Under the pieces are notes generated by a model. That model worked only from the letters and a program-made list of their open reading frames with translations, did not search any database and was not told where the DNA came from. Of a stretch of DNA of 64,000 nucleotides, positions 20,576 through 27,755 are shown in pieces (the first letter of the stretch is position 1; each line of letters begins with the position of its first letter). The DNA is from an uncultured Bacilli bacterium (GTDB lineage Bacteria > Bacillota_I > Bacilli_A > RF39 > UBA660): contig CAKOSP010000001.1 of the NCBI GenBank assembly GCA_934102335.1, positions 268,511 to 332,510 of the forward strand. The letters are read 5' to 3'. A program made the translations under genes and the position numbers.

Positions 20576-21350
20576 CCTTTAATTTATAAATAGTTTCTTT
20601 ATACAAAAAACCATCGTAATACTTTTCTTTAGTATCAGAAGAATTAATTAACTCTAAAATATCTTCATTCTTTAAAAATACAGTATTAATAAAAACATAT
20701 CTTACTTTATCACAATCATTAAATTCAAAATTTTTTATACAAGGATCATCATAAAACACTGTACCATCCAAAGACTCAATACCAATTAGTTCTTTATTAT
20801 TTACAGATATATTTAAAAGTTGATTATCATCAAGATCATAATGATTATAATAGTTTTTAATTAAATTTCTCTGGGAATATAATACACTTGTATGTCCAAA
20901 GCCAAATATACATAATTTTTTAATCGAATTAGAAATAATAATTTTTATTTCTTCTTTAGTTAAATCTGTACTTAAAATTATACTATCAACATATTCAAGC
21001 ATATAGTTTACAGATAAAGTATTAGCTAATTGATGTGGCATATATAATATTTTTTCAATATCTAAATCTTTAGTAATTTCTAAAACCCCTAAATCATCAA
21101 AAATAATACCCTTAAATTTTTTTTGATGTAAAATATCAGCTAATAAAACCAAATCATTATTATCTAATAACTTATTTATATAAATATAATCATTTTCTGC
21201 AATTTCATCGATTGAAAAATATTTAGTAAAACCAACAGAAAAAAATTTAAGAGGAAATGCCAAATTTACATTCAGCTCTCTTAAATAACTAATAATTTCA
21301 CTATTTTGTACTAAAACTAAAAATTTATTTTTCTTCATTTTTTCTTTCAC
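20565..21350 (-). CDS. U32-family-like protein (YrrN position)
   Basis: 261 aa, lying between the O-methyltransferase and the yrrO-like gene. Assigned mainly from synteny. Confidence 0.5.
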   Translation of the reverse strand: MKEKMKKNKFLVLVQNSEIISYLRELNVNLAFPLKFFSVGFTKYFSIDEIAENDYIYINKLLDNNDLVLLADILHQKKFKGIIFDDLGVLEITKDLDIEKILYMPHQLANTLSVNYMLEYVDSIILSTDLTKEEIKIIISNSIKKLCIFGFGHTSVLYSQRNLIKNYYNHYDLDDNQLLNISVNNKELIGIESLDGTVFYDDPCIKNFEFNDCDKVRYVFINTVFLKNEDILELINSSDTKEKYYDGFLYKETIYKLKDGE

Positions 21351-21924
21351 TCACAGCTAATCCATCTCCAATATCATAAAACTTTGTGTCAAACTCAGTA
21401 TTAGCCTTTAAAAATTCTATGTACTCTTCTATTTTTTCTACTAAACTCTTTAAATTAGACTTATCCAATTTATTTGATTGGCCAACATAACCATGAAATT
21501 TAATATTATCTGTAATAATAACGCCATCATCACTTAAAAAATATTTAAATTTTTCAAAAAATTTTGTATTTTGAGCTTTAGCAGCATCGATAAAAATCAA
21601 ATCATATTTAAGTTCATTAGATAAATTAACTTCTAAAGCATCTTGATAAACGACATTTATTTTTTTCTCTAATCCACATTTTTTTACATTTTTTAAGCAT
21701 TCCATATAACGAGTTTCATCTCTTTCAATCGTTGTAACAGTACAAGCATCAGATGCTGAAGCCATAAGAATTGCTGAATAGCCAATTGCACTACCTATTT
21801 CTAAAATGTTTTTAACATCATTATTTTTTATATATTTCATAATCCATGCTATAGATTTTTTTTCAATAATTGGTACGTTTTCTTTTAAAGCATACTCTTC
21901 CATTTCCAATAAATACTGTTTCAT
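21325..21924 (-). CDS. SAM-dependent O-methyltransferase (YrrM/TrmR-like)
   Basis: 199 aa class I methyltransferase: ILEIGSAIGYS, then DLIFIDAAK. Confidence 0.75.
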   Translation of the reverse strand: MKQYLLEMEEYALKENVPIIEKKSIAWIMKYIKNNDVKNILEIGSAIGYSAILMASASDACTVTTIERDETRYMECLKNVKKCGLEKKINVVYQDALEVNLSNELKYDLIFIDAAKAQNTKFFEKFKYFLSDDGVIITDNIKFHGYVGQSNKLDKSNLKSLVEKIEEYIEFLKANTEFDTKFYDIGDGLAVSERKNEEK

Positions 21925-21932
21925 ATTATCTC

Positions 21933-22976
21933 CTAACCATTAGACTTAAACACTAAAAATTCTTTATAATCAGCTGTGAACTTAATTGTACCATCTTTAC
22001 TTGCAAAAAACCATATATAATTATCATTTGAAGGATTTAAAGCTGCTGTAATTGATTCTAAAGATGGATTACAAATTGGACCAACTGGTAGTCCGAAATT
22101 TGTTTCTAAACGAGTATTATATTTACTCGTTGATGCTAAATCTTTCTTTGTTAAACTACTTGTAAGTGGTTTTTGAACTGCATAATACGTTGTAACATCC
22201 ATTCCTAAATTCATACCAATATCAATTCTTTTATCAATTACTTGAGATATTTTAGCTCTATTTGAAGCATTTGTACCCTCAGCCTCAATTATTGAAGCTT
22301 TAGTAATTATTTCATGAATAGACATACTATTATCATCAATACTTGCTTTTAAATCATTTAATTTATTGGCAGTTTCTTTTAACATTTTTTCAATTATCTC
22401 TTTTATTGTTGCATCTTTATAAAAAGAATACTTACTCGGAAATAAATACCCTTCTAAAGGATAATAAATTTCACTATTTAAAATATCACTTTTCAAAAAA
22501 GAATATTTATTAATTAGTTCTTGAGCATAATCTTTATCTTTAAAAACAGCAATTACTTCATCATAATCATAATTAAAATTTTCACTTATAGTTTTAGCAT
22601 AATCAGTAATTCTTTTGCCTTCTATAAAAGTCACATTAATTGTTTCTTTTCCTTTTATTTCACCATTCGCTATCGATTTAAGAATTTTTCTTGTACTATC
22701 CATTCTATTTAATTCATAAGTACCAGCCTGAAGTTTCAAATTTCTTAAACCCACTAAAACTAATGCAGCTTGTTCATTTTTAATAATTCCAGCATTTTCC
22801 AAATTTTTAACAATATCCACTCTAGATGAGCCATAATTAATAGTAAAATCAACAATTTCACTATTTTTTGAAACTGGAGATAAAAGTATATTAAATATTA
22901 TAACCCCAATTAAAAGTATACTTGCTATTGTAATCAAAACAATACTTAGTATTTTTTTCCTCTTTTTATTTTTCAT
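21933..22976 (-). CDS. mltG: endolytic murein transglycosylase MltG (YceG family)
   Basis: N-terminal TM segment and the YceG motifs ASIIEAE and LPVGPICNP. Confidence 0.88.
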   Translation of the reverse strand: MKNKKRKKILSIVLITIASILLIGVIIFNILLSPVSKNSEIVDFTINYGSSRVDIVKNLENAGIIKNEQAALVLVGLRNLKLQAGTYELNRMDSTRKILKSIANGEIKGKETINVTFIEGKRITDYAKTISENFNYDYDEVIAVFKDKDYAQELINKYSFLKSDILNSEIYYPLEGYLFPSKYSFYKDATIKEIIEKMLKETANKLNDLKASIDDNSMSIHEIITKASIIEAEGTNASNRAKISQVIDKRIDIGMNLGMDVTTYYAVQKPLTSSLTKKDLASTSKYNTRLETNFGLPVGPICNPSLESITAALNPSNDNYIWFFASKDGTIKFTADYKEFLVFKSNG

Positions 22977-23221
22977 TTTTCATTTTCACCCTTATTAAAA
23001 TTTTCTATTATTTGTTCAATCATAAGTTGTTCATTATTATTCAAGTTACATAACTTGTTGTTTTTATCTAATCTTACGCAAGAAACCTCTATTTCATCTT
23101 CATTATTGTCATTTAATTTATAAACAATATAATTTTTATGATTTTGTAGAACTGCAAAAAGAACTTCTAATTCTTTTTTCTTATTATTCTTAAATTTTAC
23201 ATTCAATACTGATTTATCCAT
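22973..23221 (-). CDS. DUF1292 (YrzB-like) protein
   Basis: 82 aa acidic protein lying between ruvX and mltG, as yrzB does in B. subtilis. Confidence 0.5.
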   Translation of the reverse strand: MDKSVLNVKFKNNKKKELEVLFAVLQNHKNYIVYKLNDNNEDEIEVSCVRLDKNNKLCNLNNNEQLMIEQIIENFNKGENEK

Positions 23222-23633
23222 TTTTTTGACCTCTTAAAAATGTTTCCAAAATAATATTTGCAGATACAGAATCAATAACCTTTTTACTATTTTTTTCAGT
23301 TTTACCTGTAAAATGCAATATACTCATTGCTTCAACTGTACTCAGTCTTTCATCTACAAAATGTACAGTTAGACCATCTTCTTTAAGAACTTGAGCAAAA
23401 TTTATACTTCTTTCAGCCGCAAAGCCCAAACTACCATCCATATTTTTAGGTAGTCCTATAACCACATCTGTAATATTATTTTCTTTAATAATAGGCAATA
23501 ATTTTTCATGTAATTTTTCATATTCTTCAAGTTCATAAAAAATTGGGTCTTTTGGAGTAGATAAAATATTGGTTTTATCCGATATAGCAATACCACAACT
23601 TTTTGTTCCTAAATCCAAACCTAAATAACGCAT
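23214..23633 (-). CDS. ruvX: putative pre-16S rRNA nuclease / Holliday junction resolvase-like RuvX (YqgF)
   Basis: MRYLGLDLGTKSCGIAISD N-terminus, 139 aa. Confidence 0.9.
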   Translation of the reverse strand: MRYLGLDLGTKSCGIAISDKTNILSTPKDPIFYELEEYEKLHEKLLPIIKENNITDVVIGLPKNMDGSLGFAAERSINFAQVLKEDGLTVHFVDERLSTVEAMSILHFTGKTEKNSKKVIDSVSANIILETFLRGQKNG

Positions 23634-23887
23634 TATTTACCTCTATATCCATTTATAATTGCCATAAGTATTTCACTTCTGTCAAATTTTTTTATTTTTT
23701 TCCTTGCATTTTCATAACTTGTAATATAAGTTGGATCATTAGTCATTAAAAATCCAATTAATTGATTAGTAGAGTCATAACCCGCATCATCTAAAGAATT
23801 CATTATTTCATTTAAAGTAAGTAAAATTAATTCTTGACGAATATTTTTAACACTAAATACTGAAGTTTTACTATCCATAACCTGCAC
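23633..23887 (-). CDS. ireB: IreB/YrzL (UPF0297) family protein
   Basis: 84 aa with the motifs GYDSTNQLIGFLMTNDPTYITS and ARKKIKKFDRSEIL. Confidence 0.8.
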   Translation of the reverse strand: MQVMDSKTSVFSVKNIRQELILLTLNEIMNSLDDAGYDSTNQLIGFLMTNDPTYITSYENARKKIKKFDRSEILMAIINGYRGK

Positions 23888-23944
23888 CTCAAGTCACAAT
23901 AATTTTATCATTTATTAATAACATTGGCAAGACTACATTAAAAA

Positions 23945-24020
23945 ACGGCAGAGCTCATATGACTGAATTAACACATAATTCTTATATTAAAAAATAAATC
24001 ATATGAGGCTTATATGCCGT
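23945..24020 (-). terminator. long-stem imperfect inverted repeat followed by a U-run (probable terminator of the DUF3800 cassette)
   Basis: The arms ACGGCAGAGCTCATATGA and TCATATGAGGCTTATATGCCGT pair as 9+6 bp around a 36-nt AT loop. On the minus strand they are followed by TTTTT. Confidence 0.4.
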
Positions 24021-24082
24021 CAAAAAATATTATAATTATTTTTATAAATAAAGCAATCTATTATGAAAGACAATTTTTTACA

Positions 24083-24760
24083 TTATTTGCCAAATGTTTT
24101 AGAAGGAAATTTACTCTCAAAAATTATAAATGGTTTAATTATATTATAAAATTCATCAGTTGTATTATTATATTTTTTAAAAAGAGAATTAGAAATAATA
24201 TCTACCCACTGTATTAAATAACACGATTCTGATTCCAAATAATTAACTTGAAAATTAATCTTATATTTAAGTTCCCCTGTATCAATCCTTTCCAAAACCA
24301 GCCTATTATATAAATATGGTTTTAAAGATAATCTGTTGCCAATCTTAACATCCCTATTATCTAAATATAAATTAATGTATTTTACCTCTGGATAATCTTT
24401 AATAACATTTTTGATTATCAACTGAACCAAATAGTTATAACAAGCATTTTTATCATCGGAAGTTGATATTAAAAATGTAGTTTTTTTAATATCTAAAACA
24501 ATATATCTTACTTTAACATTTTTGGCTAAAATAGCATTAAGTAAATCAATTCTTGACCCTCTTTTTAAACTATTTCCTTTAACTTCTTTACCCTTTTTTA
24601 TATTTTCTTTAATTTTATATCTATTTATTACTCGACCAGCTCTTCTATTCATTGGTTTTAAAACATCTTGTTCAATTTCAATTGCGGATATTAAAAAGTA
24701 TCTTGATCCTTTAAGACCTAAGTCCCCAGACTCATCAAAAAAAAGATTAATTTTATTCAT
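24083..24760 (-). CDS. DUF3800-family protein
   Basis: 225 aa. The N-terminal LFFDESGDLG and C-terminal SCYLIQWVDIISNSLF match the DUF3800 hallmark motifs as I recall them. Function of the family is unknown. Confidence 0.6.
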   Translation of the reverse strand: MNKINLFFDESGDLGLKGSRYFLISAIEIEQDVLKPMNRRAGRVINRYKIKENIKKGKEVKGNSLKRGSRIDLLNAILAKNVKVRYIVLDIKKTTFLISTSDDKNACYNYLVQLIIKNVIKDYPEVKYINLYLDNRDVKIGNRLSLKPYLYNRLVLERIDTGELKYKINFQVNYLESESCYLIQWVDIISNSLFKKYNNTTDEFYNIIKPFIIFESKFPSKTFGK

Positions 24761-24815
24761 CTAAATCCCCCAGCTAAATAATATAAGGGGTATAAATAAA
24801 AAATAATGTCGTATA

Positions 24816-25199
24816 TTAGTTAAATGCTAACTCTACTGCCAATTTCTCGTCTTCTATGGCAATAAATAAAAATATTGCTCCACTTATCGCAATTAATAAA
24901 GATCCCATAAATGAAAGGATAGTTAATTTTTTCTTTTTAGGGCTATCGCTTTCTTTTAATTTTTTCAAATCATTAAATGAATCTTTTAAGAAATAAATAT
25001 ATACTATTAAGAGTATAAAAAAGATAGTCACCAAAACTTGTCTATACTTAGTTTTATCTTCAGCATTTTGAAATATAAAATACTTTCTTTCTAAATTATT
25101 AGAATAATAACTTAAAAATATTATAAAAAGATAAATAACCCATATAAAATCCTCAGTATTTATCTGTCTCAATTTTTCTTCCAAATTAAAACTATCCAT
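24816..25199 (-). CDS. small 3-TM membrane protein, no recognisable family
   Basis: 127 aa with three hydrophobic helices and a Lys-rich loop (SDSPKKKK). Lies 21 nt downstream of the transglutaminase-like gene. Confidence 0.5.
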   Translation of the reverse strand: MDSFNLEEKLRQINTEDFIWVIYLFIIFLSYYSNNLERKYFIFQNAEDKTKYRQVLVTIFFILLIVYIYFLKDSFNDLKKLKESDSPKKKKLTILSFMGSLLIAISGAIFLFIAIEDEKLAVELAFN

Positions 25200-25220
25200 A
25201 ATTATATATATGAATAGTTT

Positions 25221-26306
25221 CTATTTTTTTAACTTTCTTATCAGTGAAGTAATATGTTCATAATTTTCACTATTTTTTAAATAAAATTGTTCAAAGATGT
25301 CTTGGTTTTTATCACATACATCTTTAGCAGTGGATATTAGTGTTTTAAGTTCTCGTGCATCAATGCTATCAGGTATATTTTTAAAAGCTCTTTTAAAATC
25401 TTTAGAATTTTCATAATTAAAATCAGTTCTTTTTATTCTAATTTCATAACCCCTATCATCAACTAACCTTTTTTTATCAGAAGTTACACTATATGTACTT
25501 GTGTTTGTTGGATCTAAAAAATAACTTTGATTATTATAAATAACATAATTTAAAACATGATTACCATGAAAATAATCAAATATACTATGTCCTCTCTTAT
25601 ATTTATAATTATAATTTATGTTATAATCTTCTAAACCCATAATTTTCAAAGTACTTTCTAAAATCTTTAAAGCTTCAGGATCTATGGTATGATTAAAAAC
25701 ATTAATTAATAAATGTTCCATACTTCCTAATTGGATATTTTCATCTGGCATACTAATATTGCATTGAACTTCAGCTTCTCTACAATAAGTAGAAAATATG
25801 TAAGCATCATATTGCAATTGTCTTAATACCTTATCCAAAAATGGGGTAATATGCCTACAAACGCCAACGCCAGAACTGATATTTGCACTTAAAATCTTTG
25901 AATCATCAATAATATTATTTTTTGAATAATTAAAATTTTTATCATAAGATAAATACCCATTATATAATGCATAAGTATATGACGCGTAAACTTGGGCAGG
26001 ATCCTTAAAGTCAAATTCTTTAATTAATAAAGCAAAATTTTTTATAATATCATCCTGAATGTTTTTTATTTCTGTTATTTCTTTAGAATAAGATTCTAAA
26101 GAAAATATTTTTTGTAAGCAAAATAATATCACAGATATATTACCAATAGCAGTAATTGGCAAAGTCATCAATTGTAGTTGAGTATTAGCCTCTAATATAT
26201 TAGTAGCTATACTTAACCCATATATACAAATTTCAACAAAATTAATTTTTTTAAAAGTATTATAATTTATGGAATTACATATTTCTTCCAATTTTTTATT
26301 TTTCAT
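25221..26306 (-). CDS. membrane-anchored transglutaminase-like (papain-fold) cysteine protease candidate
   Basis: 361 aa with two N-terminal hydrophobic segments. GVGVC(150)RH, GNH(250)VLNYV and FLD(265)PTN match the Cys/His/Asp motif order of the transglutaminase-like superfamily. Confidence 0.5.
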   Translation of the reverse strand: MKNKKLEEICNSINYNTFKKINFVEICIYGLSIATNILEANTQLQLMTLPITAIGNISVILFCLQKIFSLESYSKEITEIKNIQDDIIKNFALLIKEFDFKDPAQVYASYTYALYNGYLSYDKNFNYSKNNIIDDSKILSANISSGVGVCRHITPFLDKVLRQLQYDAYIFSTYCREAEVQCNISMPDENIQLGSMEHLLINVFNHTIDPEALKILESTLKIMGLEDYNINYNYKYKRGHSIFDYFHGNHVLNYVIYNNQSYFLDPTNTSTYSVTSDKKRLVDDRGYEIRIKRTDFNYENSKDFKRAFKNIPDSIDARELKTLISTAKDVCDKNQDIFEQFYLKNSENYEHITSLIRKLKK

Positions 26307-26326
26307 AACAGCCCCACATCAGGGCT

Positions 26327-26355
26327 ATACTAACATATGTTTTAGTAAAGTTCAA
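26327..26355 (-). promoter_or_regulatory. sigma-A-type promoter of the three-gene cassette
   Basis: Minus strand reads TTGAAC-17 nt-TAGTAT with a TG at the extended -10 position, about 20 nt upstream of the ATG at 26306. Confidence 0.5.
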
Positions 26356-26389
26356 CATAAAGCTAACTAAATCATTATTACTTAAGCAT

Positions 26390-26404
26390 GAAAAGTTCGA
26401 GTAT
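26390..26404 (+). repeat. direct repeat copy 1 (GAAAAGTTCGAGTAT)
   Basis: Exact 15-mer repeated at 26684-26698. Confidence 0.8.
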
Positions 26405-26634
26405 CAATTAAATTTAGTACTCTTTTGGTGAAAGTATAACAATCACTAAGATTAAAACCTTAAACAATAAAATTATTCAAATTTATGATATAATAAATAT
26501 TACATAACATATATATAAGGTGGTATAAAAATATGGCTAAAAAGAAAATCTGATTTTAATTTTATTACCATTATTAATAATTGTAAAGATTATGCTAACT
26601 ATTGGGCAATATACAATATTTCAAGATAAGAAAA

Positions 26635-26675
26635 AATAAAAAACTACTCTCAATTTTGTTTGAGAGTAGTTTTTT
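26635..26675. terminator. bidirectional rho-independent terminator
   Basis: 11-bp stem ACTACTCTCAA/TTGAGAGTAGT flanked by an A-run and a T-run. Lies downstream of the tRNA pair (minus strand) and of a plus-strand mini transcription unit. Confidence 0.75.
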
Positions 26676-26683
26676 ATTACCTC

Positions 26684-26698
26684 GAAAAGTTCGAGTAT
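26684..26698 (+). repeat. direct repeat copy 2 (GAAAAGTTCGAGTAT), 10 nt from the tRNA-Leu 3' end
   Basis: Exact copy of 26390-26404. Here it is embedded in the small hairpin CTCGAA-AAG-TTCGAG. Confidence 0.8.
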
Positions 26699-26708
26699 TT
26701 ATCAAATC

Positions 26709-26793
26709 TGGTGCAGGTAAAGGGACTTGAACCCCCACGGACTGCTCCACTAGATCCTAAGTCTAGCGCGTCTACCAATTTCGCCATACCTGC
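26709..26793 (-). tRNA. tRNA-Leu (anticodon TAG)
   Basis: Reverse complement GCAGGTATGGCGAAATTGGTAGACGC...CTTAGGA...long variable arm...GGTTCAAGTCCC..ACCTGCACCA. Cloverleaf traced by hand; CCA is encoded. Confidence 0.9.
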
Positions 26794-26796
26794 ATA

Positions 26797-26873
26797 TGGT
26801 GGACCTTGTAGGACTCGAACCTACGACCGCCCGGTTATGAGCCGGATGCTCTAACCAACTGAGCTAAAGGTCC
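26797..26873 (-). tRNA. elongator-type tRNA with CAT anticodon (likely tRNA-Ile2/lysidine, otherwise tRNA-Met)
   Basis: GGACCTTTAGCTCAGTTGGTTAGAGCATCCGGCTCATAACCGG...GGTTCGAGTCCTACAAGGTCCACCA. G1-C72 are paired, so it is not an initiator. The body resembles tRNA-Ile. Confidence 0.85.
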
Positions 26874-26948
26874 ATTGCCTATTAAATATATCATAAATTT
26901 AAATATGTTGCAATATTTTTTGTGAGATTTAAAAAAAAGATAAACAAA

Positions 26949-27365
26949 TTATTGTTTATCTTGTAACATATTAAGTAAGTCAATTTTAAACATATCTTTT
27001 TGAGCATTAGCTTTACTAATCATAATACCTTTATATGTAGTTAATTCAGAACGATGGCCTTCAAGTAAAATATCTTCTGGTGTAATAGTTTCAAGCATTA
27101 CTACACCTTCCTTTTTATGTACTGAATAAATTAATTTTACCTCACCATGAATTTGAGCAAACATTTTATCACTAGGTAATTTTAACTCATAAGTATCAAC
27201 ATCAGTACCAGATTTTTTTAACTCTCCAACAAACTTTCCATTTCTTAAATCAGAATAATATTCAAAATTTAATTTTTTAAAAGCAAGCATATTATATTTT
27301 TTTAATGCTCTTTCTAACTTTCTATATTCGTTCTCATCAATATAGTCTAAAACATAACCTTTCAT
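26949..27365 (-). CDS. hypothetical protein with weak RelE/ParE-toxin-like pattern
   Basis: 138 aa. TYELKLPSDKMF..VKLIYSVHKKEGVVMLETI..EGHRSELTTY resembles the yRl-RiiY-...-H/R-Y layout of RelE/ParE toxins. No partner ORF is present. Confidence 0.3.
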   Translation of the reverse strand: MKGYVLDYIDENEYRKLERALKKYNMLAFKKLNFEYYSDLRNGKFVGELKKSGTDVDTYELKLPSDKMFAQIHGEVKLIYSVHKKEGVVMLETITPEDILLEGHRSELTTYKGIMISKANAQKDMFKIDLLNMLQDKQ

Positions 27366-27391
27366 AAACCCTACCCCCTAATTACAAATAA

Positions 27392-27420
27392 ATTGTAGCA
27401 CAATTGTTTGTGTTTGTCAA
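27392..27420 (-). promoter_or_regulatory. near-consensus sigma-A promoter with embedded inverted repeat
   Basis: Minus strand reads TTGACA-17 nt-TACAAT with TGc before the -10. The CACAATTG ... CAAATTGTG inverted repeat flanks the -35. Confidence 0.55.
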
Positions 27421-27464
27421 ATTGTGTATATATTTCACTTGAATACTGGAAATAAATTATCTAA

Positions 27465-27497
27465 CAAAAAAGGCAATTTGTCAAGAAAAATTGCCTT
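27465..27497 (-). terminator. rho-independent terminator after the smr-like gene
   Basis: 10-bp stem AAGGCAATTT/AAATTGCCTT abuts the stop codon, followed by a T-run on the minus strand. Confidence 0.7.
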
Positions 27498-27755
27498 TTA
27501 GTGTTTTAAATAAACTATTGTTTCCCCTAAATTCCAATTATTAAGAGTAAATTGATCTACATTTTTATTTTCTTTTAATACTCTATGTACTTCTTTTGTT
27601 AAAATGTTTGTACTTTTCCCATGAATAACCCTAACCACAGGCTCTTTCATTTTTACTGCATCACTAATAAACTGATTAACTAAAGCCTCAACCATACTTA
27701 CTATTTCACCATGTAAATCCAATTGCAAAGTCTTACTAGTTACTATTGCCTTCAT
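27498..27755 (-). CDS. stand-alone Smr (small MutS-related) domain protein
   Basis: 85 aa with the LDLHGE and VIHGKSTNILTKEV motifs of Smr domains. The start overlaps the upstream stop (ATGA). Confidence 0.7.
   Translation of the reverse strand: MKAIVTSKTLQLDLHGEIVSMVEALVNQFISDAVKMKEPVVRVIHGKSTNILTKEVHRVLKENKNVDQFTLNNWNLGETIVYLKH

Noticed and set aside
24014-24764. Plus-strand ORFs 24014..24217 and 24522..24764
   Set aside because: They lie antisense to the DUF3800 gene or within its terminator region. Their composition is low-complexity Ile/Phe/Lys, there is no SD, and the minus-strand gene has clear family motifs.
26309-26326. Hairpin AGCCC-N7-GGGCU that might sequester the SD of the transglutaminase-like gene
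   Set aside because: Given the inferred -10 at 26327-26332, the 5' arm lies upstream of the likely transcription start, so the hairpin would not form in the mRNA.
26660-26854. 64-aa plus-strand ORF from the six-frame track
   Set aside because: It runs antisense through tRNA-Leu and the CAT-anticodon tRNA. Its GC-rich codons come from the tRNA sequence.
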